Position numbers and translations under genes: made by a program. A stretch of DNA of 64,000 nt. Origin: Corallococcus coralloides. GTDB lineage: Bacteria > Myxococcota > Myxococcia > Myxococcales > Myxococcaceae. This document shows, piece by piece, positions 27,233 to 36,872 of the stretch. The first letter of the stretch is position 1, and each line of letters begins with the position of its first letter. A model generated the notes under the pieces. The model made no database searches. It worked only from the letters and a program-made list of their open reading frames with translations, and was not told the origin of the DNA. Where the stretch lies: the NCBI RefSeq assembly GCF_004104415.1, contig NZ_CP034669.1, one strand, 5' to 3'.

Positions 27233-28126
27233 TCACGACGCGCGCGCCCGCTCCACCACCGGCTTGAGCACGGTGCTGGCGAACTCCGCCAGCGTGGTGG
27301 GCGTGGTGGTCTCCTTCGAGCGCGGCTCCGCCGGGTCCATGCGCCCGTCCAGGATGGCGCCGTACATCTCCACGAAGGTGTCCGCCGCGAAGGCCGGCAT
27401 GCCCGCGCCCGTCATGCCCTTGCGCAGGTCCTCCAGCCCCACTTGCAGGTACTTCACGGGCTGGCCCAGCACCTGGGTGAGGATGCTGGCGACCTCCGGA
27501 TAGGTGAGGTCCCTGGGCCCGTGCACGCCCACGTAGCGGTGGCCCGTCCACGACGGCTCCAACAGGAACTCGGCGGCCTTGGCCGCGATGTCCGCCGTGG
27601 CGACCATGGGGAACGCCTTCGTCTCCGGGTTCGCGCTGAAGAGCGCGCCCGCCTTCGCCAGGCCCTGCACGTCGCGCAGCAGGTTCTCCATGAAGAAGCC
27701 CGCGCGCAGGCTGACGACGTGGGGCGCCGCCGCCTGGAAGGCCTCTTCAATGGACTTCATCGCGGACACCGGCCCCGTGCCGGCTCCGCTCTGCGCGCCG
27801 ACGCTGGAGAGCAGCACCACGCGCTTGACGCCGTGCGCCTTCACGCGCTCCGCGGCCCGCTGGCCGTTGGCCTTCGCCCAGTCGTGGAAGTCCGGGCGGA
27901 TGGCGGGCGGAGACAGCCAGAACAGCGCCTCCGCGCCAGCGAGCGCCGCGTCCAGCGTGGCCTGCTCGTCGATGGAGCCCTGCACCACCTTCGCGCCCCG
28001 CTTCACCAGGTCCGCCACCTTCTCCGGCGTGCGCGAGATGACGGTGACCTGCTTGCCCGCCTTCAGCAGCTGCTCCACGAGGGGACGGCCGATGTTGCTG
28101 TTCGGGGTGTTGATGACGATGGACAT
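27233..28126 (-). CDS. NmrA-like NAD(P)-binding family protein
   Basis: Real start MSIVINTPNSNIGRPLVEQLLKAGKQVTVISR at 28126 (Rossmann GxxGxxG-like); upstream part of track ORF 27233..29116 is antisense of lysR. Divergent from LysR gene. Confidence 0.75.
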   Translation of the reverse strand: MSIVINTPNSNIGRPLVEQLLKAGKQVTVISRTPEKVADLVKRGAKVVQGSIDEQATLDAALAGAEALFWLSPPAIRPDFHDWAKANGQRAAERVKAHGVKRVVLLSSVGAQSGAGTGPVSAMKSIEEAFQAAAPHVVSLRAGFFMENLLRDVQGLAKAGALFSANPETKAFPMVATADIAAKAAEFLLEPSWTGHRYVGVHGPRDLTYPEVASILTQVLGQPVKYLQVGLEDLRKGMTGAGMPAFAADTFVEMYGAILDGRMDPAEPRSKETTTPTTLAEFASTVLKPVVERARAS

Positions 28127-28195
28127 GGGGTGCCTCCAGCGACCGCGAGATGGAGCAACAGTGCCCCCGCGCCCTGCATGAGGCCACTGCATGCT

Positions 28196-29209
28196 ATGCA
28201 TGCGCCCATGCGCCGCGCTCATGAAACCCCAGCGCCCTCCCCCGCGGAGGTGGACCTCTCCGGCATCAACCTCAACCTGATGGTGGCGCTGGACGCGCTG
28301 CTGCACGAGGTGCACGTCACCCGCGCCGCCGCGCGCGTGGGCCTCACCCAGTCCGCGATGAGCCACGCGCTCGCCCAGCTGCGGGAGCTGTTGGGCGACG
28401 CGCTCCTCATCCGCGGCCGGGGCGGCATGGTGCTGACGCCGCGCGCGCAGGCCCTGGCCGCGCCGCTCAAGCGGGGGCTGGCGGAGCTGCGGCGGGCCCT
28501 GCGCGACGAGCCCGCGTTCGAGCCCGCCACCGCGAAGCGCCGCTTCACCGTGGCCACGCGCGACTTCTTCGGGTCGGTGCTGCTGCCGGGCGCGCTGGAG
28601 CTCCTGGGCCGCGAGGCCCCCGGCGTGGACCTGTCCGTGCTGCACGTGGACAGCAACACCTTCCCCAGCCACCTGGAGACGGGCGAGGTGGACCTGGCCA
28701 TCATCGTCGCGCCCGTGCCGTCCGGGCCGGGCCTGCGCCAGCAGAAGCTCCTCACCGAGGACTTCGTCTGCGTGGTGCGCAAGGACCACCCCACCGTGCG
28801 CCGCAAGCTGGACGTGGACACCTACCTGAAGCTGTCCCACATCCTCATCAGCCCCAAGGGCGACGGCGTGGGCGCGGTGGACCTGGCCCTGGCCCAGCGC
28901 GGCCTGCCCCCGCGCCGCATCGCCGTGCGCGTGCCCTACTTCCTCATCGCGCCGCTGGCGGTGTCGCGCTCGGACCACGTCCTCACCGCGCCCCGCCGCC
29001 TCATCGCCGCGTTCAAGGACGCGTACGCGCTCCAGGTGTTCCCCCCGCCCATCCCCCTGCGCCCCTTCGACATCCTCCAGGTCTGGCACGAGCGCTTCGA
29101 CGGCGACCCCGCGCACCAGTGGCTGCGCGGACTGGTGGCTCGGTCCGTCAACGCAGGGTCTGAAAACACCCGGAGTTCACGAAGGGTACGGCGCGCGCCA
29201 GCTTCCTGA
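28196..29209 (+). CDS. LysR-family transcriptional regulator
   Basis: HTH 'INLNLMVALDALLHEVHVTRAAARVGLTQSAMSHALAQLRELLGD' plus LysR substrate-binding domain; classic divergent arrangement with NmrA-like gene (69-bp intergenic). Start 28196 or 28208. Confidence 0.8.
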   Translation: MHAPMRRAHETPAPSPAEVDLSGINLNLMVALDALLHEVHVTRAAARVGLTQSAMSHALAQLRELLGDALLIRGRGGMVLTPRAQALAAPLKRGLAELRRALRDEPAFEPATAKRRFTVATRDFFGSVLLPGALELLGREAPGVDLSVLHVDSNTFPSHLETGEVDLAIIVAPVPSGPGLRQQKLLTEDFVCVVRKDHPTVRRKLDVDTYLKLSHILISPKGDGVGAVDLALAQRGLPPRRIAVRVPYFLIAPLAVSRSDHVLTAPRRLIAAFKDAYALQVFPPPIPLRPFDILQVWHERFDGDPAHQWLRGLVARSVNAGSENTRSSRRVRRAPAS

Positions 29210-29279
29210 CACTCGGGGGGCGCGGCACTGAACGTCAGTACACAGGTGGGGGAGCGTCGCATGGGGGGCTTCGTGTAGG

Positions 29280-29906
29280 GTGCTCCGCATGAATCCTGAG
29301 AAGCTTGTTTTCGCCCAGACCGTCGAAGCGCTCTTCGTCCGGGCGCTGGAGAACCGCCTGACGCCCGCATGCCGCGAGCACCTGAAGCGGGCAGGGCTGG
29401 ATCTCGACCGCAAGCTGGAGCGCACCTATTCGCTGGAGCAGTGGCGGGAGTTCCTGCGCATCGCGGCCGGGCACGTCTATGGCGGCGTGCCGGCGGAGGC
29501 CGCGTACTACTCCCTGGGCGAGCGCTTCATGGACGCCTACTTCGGGACGTTCTTTGGCCGCGCGCTCCTGGGCGTGGGCCGGCTGGCCGGTCCCCGGCGG
29601 ATGCTGCTGCGGGCGGACCTGGGCTTTCGCGCCGGCAACAACTTCAGTGAAGTCAAAATCGTGGAGCGCAGCGCGACTTCGCTGGAGCTGTGGATGAACG
29701 ACGTGCTGGCGGATCAGCCGACGTTCGCGGCGGGCTTGCTGGCGCGCGCGGTGGCGCTGTGCGGGGGCTGGCGGGTGGTGGCGCTGCCGGAGGAGTTCGA
29801 CGGCACGGCGGCGACGTTCCACCTGCGCTGGAGCGAGGCCGCCGTGGAAGGGGCGCTCAGCGCCACTGGGGATGGGTCCGGAGGCGACGCTCGACCTCAG
29901 GCGTGA
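29280..29906 (+). CDS. DUF2378-family protein (myxobacteria-specific paralogous family)
   Basis: 208 aa; 'EKLVFAQTVEALFVRALENRLTPACREHLKRAGLDLDRKLERTYSLEQWREFLRIAAGHVYGG' pattern recalled from DUF2378/TIGR02265. Confidence 0.55.
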   Translation: MLRMNPEKLVFAQTVEALFVRALENRLTPACREHLKRAGLDLDRKLERTYSLEQWREFLRIAAGHVYGGVPAEAAYYSLGERFMDAYFGTFFGRALLGVGRLAGPRRMLLRADLGFRAGNNFSEVKIVERSATSLELWMNDVLADQPTFAAGLLARAVALCGGWRVVALPEEFDGTAATFHLRWSEAAVEGALSATGDGSGGDARPQA

Positions 29907-30702
29907 GGGTGCCCCCGTGCGGGGCCCGGGAGGACGAGCGCTCCCAGCGCTCCAGCCACCGGGTCCCCAGCGGGGCCGTCAGTGTTTCGTAGCGGGTCGA
30001 GGCCACGGTGGTCTCCCCCTTGGTGCCGGTGGAAGCGCCGGCGCCCACGTAGAACCCCGCGAGCAGCAGCGTGACGCGGGTGGGCGTGGCCGCGCTGTAG
30101 GTCATCAGCAGGGCGCCCTCTGCGTCTTCCCGGCAGTGCCGGCGCACCCGGGCGAGGACGGCTTCGGTCCACATGTCCGGGTTGGACGCGGGTGAGAACG
30201 GGTCGAAGAAGACGAGGTCCGCGGGGGGCAGCTCCGCCTCCAGGAAGGGCACGGCGTCCCCCAGCTTGAGGGTCCACTGGATGCCGGGCTCGGACCAGGC
30301 GCCGTGCTTCATGAGGCGCTCACAGGCCTCGCGGAACGGCTGGAGGAAGGGGAAGCCCTCCGCGTCCGCGAGCGCGAGCCGCAGGGGGGCCAGGTCCACC
30401 TCGAAGCTGACGATGTGCAGGTCGCGGGCGCGGTCCGGGCCCAGCTCCCGGGCGCGGGTGAGCGCGGCGACGGCGTTGGTGGCGGCGCCCAGGCCCACGT
30501 CGTGGATGACGAGCGGCGGGCCGGGCTGGCGCAGGCGGTCCGCGAGGCCGGGCTGGTCGACGTAGAGGCGCAGGGCCTCCTGCCACGGGCCTACCGCGGG
30601 GTGCATGACCTCGCCATGGCCCAGGTGGCGCACGGCGCGGTGGCCGTTGCGCAGGGTGACGAGTTCGAAGTCGCCGTCGCGCGGATGGGAGGGCTCGGAC
30701 AT
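29857..30702 (-). CDS. MnmC-like SAM-dependent methyltransferase domain protein (DUF752/Methyltransf_30)
   Basis: Real start MSEPSHPRDGDFELVTLRNGHRAV at 30702; 'DLVFFDPFSPASNPDMWTEAVLARV' is the hallmark MnmC N-terminal-domain motif. Convergent 50-nt overlap with DUF2378 gene. Confidence 0.65.
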   Translation of the reverse strand: MSEPSHPRDGDFELVTLRNGHRAVRHLGHGEVMHPAVGPWQEALRLYVDQPGLADRLRQPGPPLVIHDVGLGAATNAVAALTRARELGPDRARDLHIVSFEVDLAPLRLALADAEGFPFLQPFREACERLMKHGAWSEPGIQWTLKLGDAVPFLEAELPPADLVFFDPFSPASNPDMWTEAVLARVRRHCREDAEGALLMTYSAATPTRVTLLLAGFYVGAGASTGTKGETTVASTRYETLTAPLGTRWLERWERSSSRAPHGGTLTPEVERRLRTHPQWR

Positions 30703-30750
30703 GGGGCTCCTGGCCTGGAGGGGACGTGTGGGAAAGGATGGGTGCCTAGC

Positions 30751-31749
30751 ATGACGACTCCAGGGCAGGAACATCGGGGCGCGCTTCACGGGGAGGACGT
30801 CCGGCACGGGGAGGCTCCATTCGAGGGCGGCCGGGTGCGGCTGTCGCTGCGGGTGGAGGCGGAGACGCGCACGGTGCTGGCGGCGGCGTGGGAGGCGTCG
30901 GGGGAAGCTTCGGGGGAAGCCTTGGGGCCTGCGCTGGCGGCGTGCCTGGAGTCGCTGTGTCAGAACGCGGTGGGCATGGGGGTGGACGTGTTCCTGCGCT
31001 TCGACGACTTCCACCTGCGCTCGGGGTGTCCTGAGGGGTTGGAGGCGACGGAGGAGGCGGGGCTGGCGGTGCGGGTGTTCCGGCTGGCGTTCAGCCAGTT
31101 CCACCCCCGGGCCACGGGGCCCGCGTACCTGTCGAGCGGGCTGGTGCTGGCGAAGCTGCCCCGGGGCGCGAGTCCGGAGTGGGACGAGCCGGGGTTCTAC
31201 TTCGCGCACTACTACCGGGAAGAGCTGTGGCCCGCGGCGGTGGAGGAGGCGCGCCGGGGCGGCGTGCTGGGGCCGCGAGCGGCGTGTGCGTACATCGATG
31301 CGCTGCTGGCGAAGGCGGATGACACGGTGGAGCTGGACTGGCCCGTGGAGCAGGGCACGGCGACCTGGGACTGGCTGACGCGCGTGTGCCTGCCGGCGGT
31401 GACGGGGGGAGAGGAGCGGACGCGTCAGCTGCTGGAAGGTGGGTACGGGGGCGCGAGCGGCACGGGGAGCTTCCCTTTCGGGCACCTGGACGGGGGCACG
31501 TGGCATCCACCGGAGGGGCTGCCGGAGCCCGAGGATGTGGGGCACGCGGAGTTCATCCTCGGCGATTTGGAGCACCTGCTGCCGGAGCTGCCGAAGGACG
31601 GAGTGCTGCTGGCCGCGCCCCGGTGGATGGCGGTGGGACAGACGCGGGACTCCCCTGCCCTGCGCCGGGCGGACATCTCCAGCGAGGAGGCCGGGGGCTT
31701 CGGCCTGTTCAACGCGGCGGCGCACGACGTGGGTGAAGACGATGATTGA
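30751..31749 (+). CDS. Hypothetical protein (333 aa)
   Basis: Real start MTTPGQEHRG at 30751 (upstream part of ORF 30304.. is antisense of MnmC-like gene). No recognised domain; 8-nt overlap with next gene. Confidence 0.5.
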   Translation: MTTPGQEHRGALHGEDVRHGEAPFEGGRVRLSLRVEAETRTVLAAAWEASGEASGEALGPALAACLESLCQNAVGMGVDVFLRFDDFHLRSGCPEGLEATEEAGLAVRVFRLAFSQFHPRATGPAYLSSGLVLAKLPRGASPEWDEPGFYFAHYYREELWPAAVEEARRGGVLGPRAACAYIDALLAKADDTVELDWPVEQGTATWDWLTRVCLPAVTGGEERTRQLLEGGYGGASGTGSFPFGHLDGGTWHPPEGLPEPEDVGHAEFILGDLEHLLPELPKDGVLLAAPRWMAVGQTRDSPALRRADISSEEAGGFGLFNAAAHDVGEDDD

Positions 31750-32464
31750 TGGGCGCCTGCTGTGCGGGCTGTTGGCCCTGCTCTGTCTGTCGTGCGCTTC
31801 GGGTCCAAGGCAGTACGCGCAGACGTCCGACTCCGCGACCAGCGGATGTCTGCGCAATCCCACCTGCTACACGCAGCCGGGGGATGAGGCGTTCCTGCCG
31901 TGGGTGGACAAGGCCGCCAGGGCCGCGGCCTCAGCGGGCGCCACGATGAAGCTCCTGGAGGCGGCGGACGTGGCCCGCATCGAGCACCTGCTGGTGGAGT
32001 GCGCGAAGGACGCGGACTTCATCGTCAATGAGCGTGAGTACGGCGAGGGGAAATACCCGGACGACAAGGAGTGCTTGCGCGTGGTGGGCCAGGACAAGGA
32101 CGGCAAACCCATCCGGCGGCAAGCGGAGCTGGGTAGGTTGAAGCATGACGTTGCCTTCGCATGCGTACGGCGTGAAATCCTCCGGCGCTTCCCCAGCAAC
32201 GTTTCGATCGAGCCGAGCTATGTGATCCGCACGGGCAAGTCGGGGCAACAGGACCTCATGAAGCCCGACGTCGTCCTTCACGCTTCAGGCCGGCCGGATC
32301 AGGCCCAGTGCGTCTACGACTTCAAGTTTCCATGTCTCAAGGCAAGCAAGGGCAATCCGCTCTCGGTTCCAGAAACACAGGTTCAGATGACCCGGTACTC
32401 ACGACTTGATGGACAGTGTAACCCCGCCATCATCACACCTCAGTTCGGGATCATTCGTGAGTAG
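31742..32464 (+). CDS. Lipoprotein with PD-(D/E)xK-like motif; candidate lipoprotein toxin (SitA-like?)
   Basis: Start MIDGRLLCGLLALLCLSCAS (lipobox LSC) overlapping upstream stop (ATGATTGA); 'KPDVVLH...(15)...CVYDFKFPC' resembles PD-(D/E)xK nuclease core; locally reduced GC (~58%). Confidence 0.45.
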   Translation: MIDGRLLCGLLALLCLSCASGPRQYAQTSDSATSGCLRNPTCYTQPGDEAFLPWVDKAARAAASAGATMKLLEAADVARIEHLLVECAKDADFIVNEREYGEGKYPDDKECLRVVGQDKDGKPIRRQAELGRLKHDVAFACVRREILRRFPSNVSIEPSYVIRTGKSGQQDLMKPDVVLHASGRPDQAQCVYDFKFPCLKASKGNPLSVPETQVQMTRYSRLDGQCNPAIITPQFGIIRE

Positions 32465-33461
32465 CTACACTCCCTCTGAACACTTCGCCACGACACTCCC
32501 CAGGGTCCAGCTCGTCCTGCGCATCGTGTTCTATCTGCCGCATGACCACGGGGTGCTGACCCCTGTTCTACGACGCCTTCTCGATACCTATCTCGCATTC
32601 ATTGCCGCCAGCGGTGGAGCACTGACTGCAGGAGCGGATCCCGACATCAGTGAGGCTGTCTTCCCGCTCACTCCCGCCACCTGGGAAGAGGTCCATACGG
32701 AACTGGCGAAGGCTCGTTTCGGCCCATTGGATGACATGGACAAGGACTCCTTCTGGTTCTGGACCTTGACCAAGCGGGGCTTCGACACGTGGGTCCATCT
32801 CATTGGCGGAGAGTCAGATCCCAGCGGCTACGAATTCAGCTTCCGCTCTCGGCTTCCCTGGCGTGAACCTTCTTCTGAGTACAGCGTCCTGAGCGTGAAG
32901 GTCCCCATGCAGTACCTGGAGGACCAGGGGCCCGAGAAGGCACGTGAGCTGGCGCTGGCGCTGGCGGAGCTCCTTCCCTTCAGCACGGGCCATGCGGGAC
33001 TGTCGCTTTCGTTCACCCGTGGGAGGTCGCAACTCCTTCCCCTCCTGAGGGATCGACTGACCCAACATCCCGGCTGGGATGTTCCACGGGAGAGTACCTG
33101 GGGCATGGGAGAAGGAGTTGACGGCATCCACTGGCTGAACTTCCTGGGCCCTCCCCTCCTCGAAACCGTTGGCGGCATCCAGGCGCTCCGCTCGCACCTG
33201 AGCCACCCGGAGACCTCCGTCCAGGAGCTCACCGGAGGCCGTGCCGTCATCGACCTGGGCCCCGCGCCGCTCGCGGGGAATACGAAGTGGGGTGAAACGC
33301 TGCCGGCGTATCGAGAGCTGGCCCGGTTCCTGGAGCCGTGGATGCTGCCCTCCGCTCCCTTCAACAATTTCGAGGGCTACACCCCGGAGGAGGCCCGCCT
33401 CTGGTGGCGCCGCTTCCTGGAGGCCCCTCCCGAGAAGCTCTACGACCCTCGCGGCGGGTAA
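32409..33461 (+). CDS. Hypothetical protein (possible cognate immunity protein); start may be GTG at 32457
   Basis: Track ORF begins TTG 32406/ATG 32409; GTG at 32457 would give the same 8-nt overlap geometry (GTGAGTAG) as upstream junction. Low GC (~57%) in first 600 nt. No recognised domain. Confidence 0.45.
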   Translation: MDSVTPPSSHLSSGSFVSSYTPSEHFATTLPRVQLVLRIVFYLPHDHGVLTPVLRRLLDTYLAFIAASGGALTAGADPDISEAVFPLTPATWEEVHTELAKARFGPLDDMDKDSFWFWTLTKRGFDTWVHLIGGESDPSGYEFSFRSRLPWREPSSEYSVLSVKVPMQYLEDQGPEKARELALALAELLPFSTGHAGLSLSFTRGRSQLLPLLRDRLTQHPGWDVPRESTWGMGEGVDGIHWLNFLGPPLLETVGGIQALRSHLSHPETSVQELTGGRAVIDLGPAPLAGNTKWGETLPAYRELARFLEPWMLPSAPFNNFEGYTPEEARLWWRRFLEAPPEKLYDPRGG

Positions 33462-33590
33462 CCGCGCCGGATTTTTTCACGCATTGCCCCAGCACCCGGC
33501 GCACTGATAATCCGCAACCCGGAGTGTTTACGTCGAGCGGCGGGCCGACGGTCGTGTTCGCGCCAGCCCTCGCGGATCGGGGTTTCATCG

Positions 33591-36500
33591 ATGCGGTCAC
33601 AACGCGCTGTCTGGAGCAGGCTCCTGTTGTTCGCCGCGAGCCTGGGCCTTCTGTCCTGCGGCGGGAACGAGCGCCCGGCGGCATCCGCGGGCATCCGCAC
33701 CACGCACGCCCGTCTCGCGACGGCGCCGGCCTGGTACGACACCGCCTCCATGGCGGCGACGCGCGCTCAACACGCGACCGTCCTGCTCCCAGACGGGAGG
33801 CTGCTCGTCGTCAATGGCATCAACACGGCCGGCTTCGTGGGGACGGCGGAGACCTACGATCCCGCCACCAACACCTGGAGCTCCGCGGGCCCCACCAGCC
33901 TCACGGGCAACGTCACCCTGGCCGTGCTCCTGCCCACGGGCCGGGTCCTGGTGCTGACCGATGGCTCGCAGGGGGGACGCCTCTATGATCCCGCCACCAA
34001 CGCCTGGTCCGCCACGGGCAACATGTCCTCGACCCGCGCCCTCCCCACGGCCACGCTGCTGGGCACGGGACAGGTCCTGATCGCGGGCGGCACTGGCGGT
34101 GGCGGCGTCCGGCTCGCCACCGCGGAGCTCTACGACCCCGCGACCAACACCTTCCTTCCCACCGGGGCGATGCCCCAGGGCCGCAACGCGCACACCGCCA
34201 CGCGCCTGCGCGACGGACGCGTGCTCGCGGTGAGCGGATTCAGCGGGTCCGGCGAGGTGGCCGGCGCCGACCTCTACGCCCCCGCGACCGGGACCTGGTC
34301 CGCCGCCGCGCCCCCGCTGGTCGCCCGTCACTACGCCACGAGCACCCTGCTCCCCGACGGCCGCGTGCTCGTCTCGGGTGGCTTCACCGCGGGCGGTGCC
34401 ACGGCCCAGTCGGAGCTCTACGATCCGGCGGCCAACACCTGGACCGCCACGGGCAGCCTCGCGTTCCCGCGCTCCGGCCACATGGCCACGCTGCTGCCCG
34501 ACGGGCGCGTCCTCGTCACCGGTGGTTCCGCCTCCGTCAGCGCGGCGGCGCAGATCGAATCGGAGATCTACGATCCCGCCACCGGCACCTGGACCAACGC
34601 GGGCACGATGAAGGTCGCCCGCGAGAACCACACCGCGACGCTGCTGCCCACGGGCAAGGTGTTCGTCGCGGGCGGCTACTCCAGAACCCCCGGCCTGACC
34701 TTCTATGCGCAGACGGAGGTCTACGACCCCGCCAGGAGCCAGTGGTCCCCGGCCGGCGCCATGGGCACGCCCCGCACCGACGCCGCCGTGGCGCTGCTGC
34801 CCTCGGGCCAGGTGCTCGTCGCGGGTGGCCGTGCGATCGGTTCCTCGGCGGCGGTGGAAGTGTACGACCGCGCGAGCAACAGCTGGAGCGCCGCGCCCGC
34901 GCTCGCCGGGCCTCGCGAGCGCGCGACCGCGACCGTCCTTCGCTCCGGCCAGGTGCTGGTCGCCGGTGGACGCGACGGGAGCACGTCGAGGGAGAGCGCG
35001 CAGCGCTTCGATCCCGCCACCAACACCTGGCTGGCCACCGCGCCCCTGCCGAGCCCGCGCCACCTGCACACCGCCACGCTCCTTCCGGATGGCCGGGTGC
35101 TCGTCGTCGGCGGTCAGCGCAACACCACCGTGCTGGACACCGTGGAGATCTACGCGCCCGACACGGATACCTGGACCTCCGGGGCCCCGCTCGCCACGAC
35201 GCGCGCCGGACACCGCGCCGTGCTGCTCCAGGACGGCCGGGTGCTCGTCGCGGGCGGCCGCACGGGCGGCGGCGTGGAGCTGGACTCGGCGGAGCTCTAC
35301 AACCCCACCAACGACACCTGGGCCCCGGCGGCGAACCTCCTGGGCGCCCGCGACGAGCTGACGCTGACGCTCTTGCCGTCGGGTCAGGTGCTCGCGGTGG
35401 GCGGCCTCGCGGCCTTCACGAAGCTTGCGTCCGCGGAGCTCTACACGCCCGGCACCAACACCTGGACGTCCGTGGGTGCGCTCACGCAGCCGCGCTGGAT
35501 CCACTCCGCCACGCTGATGCCTTCCGGCAAGGTGCTGGTCGCGGGCGGCATCACCACGACCGACGACTACGCCGACACGGCGGAGGTCTACGACCCCGCC
35601 CTCCGCGCTTGGACCAACGTCGAGGACCCCGCCGCGGCGGGAGGTCTGATCACCGTCTCCCTGCCCTCGGGCGAGGTCCTGCTGGCGGGGGGCCAGGAGC
35701 CCACCAACGCGCAGCTGTTTGACGACACCCGGGCCCTTCCCGCCTGGAAGCCGACGGTGACGAACCCGGCGACCCTCGTCGCCGCCTGCCCCACCGTCGT
35801 GGAGGGCCTGCGCTTCCGGGGCATCTCCGGCGGAAGCGGCGGCAACTTCGCGGACTCGCCCGCGGACTTCCCCCTGGTGCGCCTGCGGGCCGCCGAGGGT
35901 GGACGCCTCTGGACGCTCCCCAGCAGCAACACCTCGGACACCCGCGCGACGGTGACGGTGCCCGCAGACGCGCCGCTGGGCACCTACGCGCTCTCCGTCT
36001 TCGCCAACGCCATCCCCGGCGGCCGCATGGTGACGGTCGTCGCCAACCAGCCTCCGACGGCGGCGGACCAGACGGTCACCGTCCAGAGGGACACGCCGCT
36101 GGAACTCGCCCTGGCCGGCACGGATCCGGACCCCGGCCAGGTGTTGACCTGGACAATCGTCACCCAGCCGCAGCACGGCACGCTCGGCACCAGCGCGCAG
36201 GGGAACCTCGAGTACACGCCCGAGGCCGGCTTCGTGGGCACGGACAGCTTCACCTACCGGGTCCGCGACTGCGCCGACGACAGCAACGTCGCGACCGTGA
36301 CCCTCAACGTGACGGAGGACGTGGTCACCCGCACCCTCACCTGCCCCGCGAACGTCGTCGTGGAGGCGACGGATCCGGACGGCGCGCTCGTGACCTACGA
36401 CCCCGCGGTCCTGGACCCGGCGGGCGGGCTCCCGGTGAGCTACACGCAGCCGTCGGGCGCTCTGTTCCCCATTGGCACCACGACGGTCACCGCGACCTCC

Positions 36501-36872
36501 ACGGGCCTCACCTGTTCGTTCCAGGTGACGGTGCAGGACACCACGGCGCCCACGCTGACCTGCCCCGAGTCCCGGAGCGCGGCCCCTGGCGAGACGATCA
36601 CGTTCGAGCCCACGGCCACGGACGCGGTGACGGCCTCTCCGGTGGTGACGTCCTCGCCGGCTTCCGGCAGCCCCTTCCCCGCGGGCGCCACGACGGTCAC
36701 CGTCACCGCCACGGATGACGCGGGCAACACCGCGCAGTGCACGTTCCAGGTCCGGGTCCAGGCGCAGGTCGTGGAGATCGCTGGCGGTGGCTGCGATAGC
36801 ACCGGTGGCACCACGTCCGCGCTGGCGCTCCTCGCCGCGCTCGCGGCCTGGGGGAACTCGCGCCGCCGTCAG
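33591..36872 (+). CDS. Kelch-repeat lipoprotein with Ig-like/HYR domains and MYXO-CTERM tag; no in-frame stop before next gene
   Basis: Lipobox 'LGLLSCG'; >12 Kelch blades ('AELYDPATNTW', 'ATLLPDGRVLV'); HYR-like 'TLTCPANVVVEATDPDGALVTYDP'; MYXO-CTERM 'GGGCDSTGGTTSALALLAALAAWGNSRRRQ' then immediately 'MRMKAQSWALAALLATAVTPAAFA' (signal peptide of next protein) in the same frame. Confidence 0.7.

Noticed and set aside
27233-29116. N-terminal 330 aa of the 627-aa minus ORF (and similar long 5' extensions of ORFs 29857..31863, 30304..31749, 61165..62379, 61707..62909, 57471..58319)
   Set aside because: Extensions are antisense readings of neighbouring genes; real starts placed at internal Met/GTG where protein-like sequence and domain homology begin.
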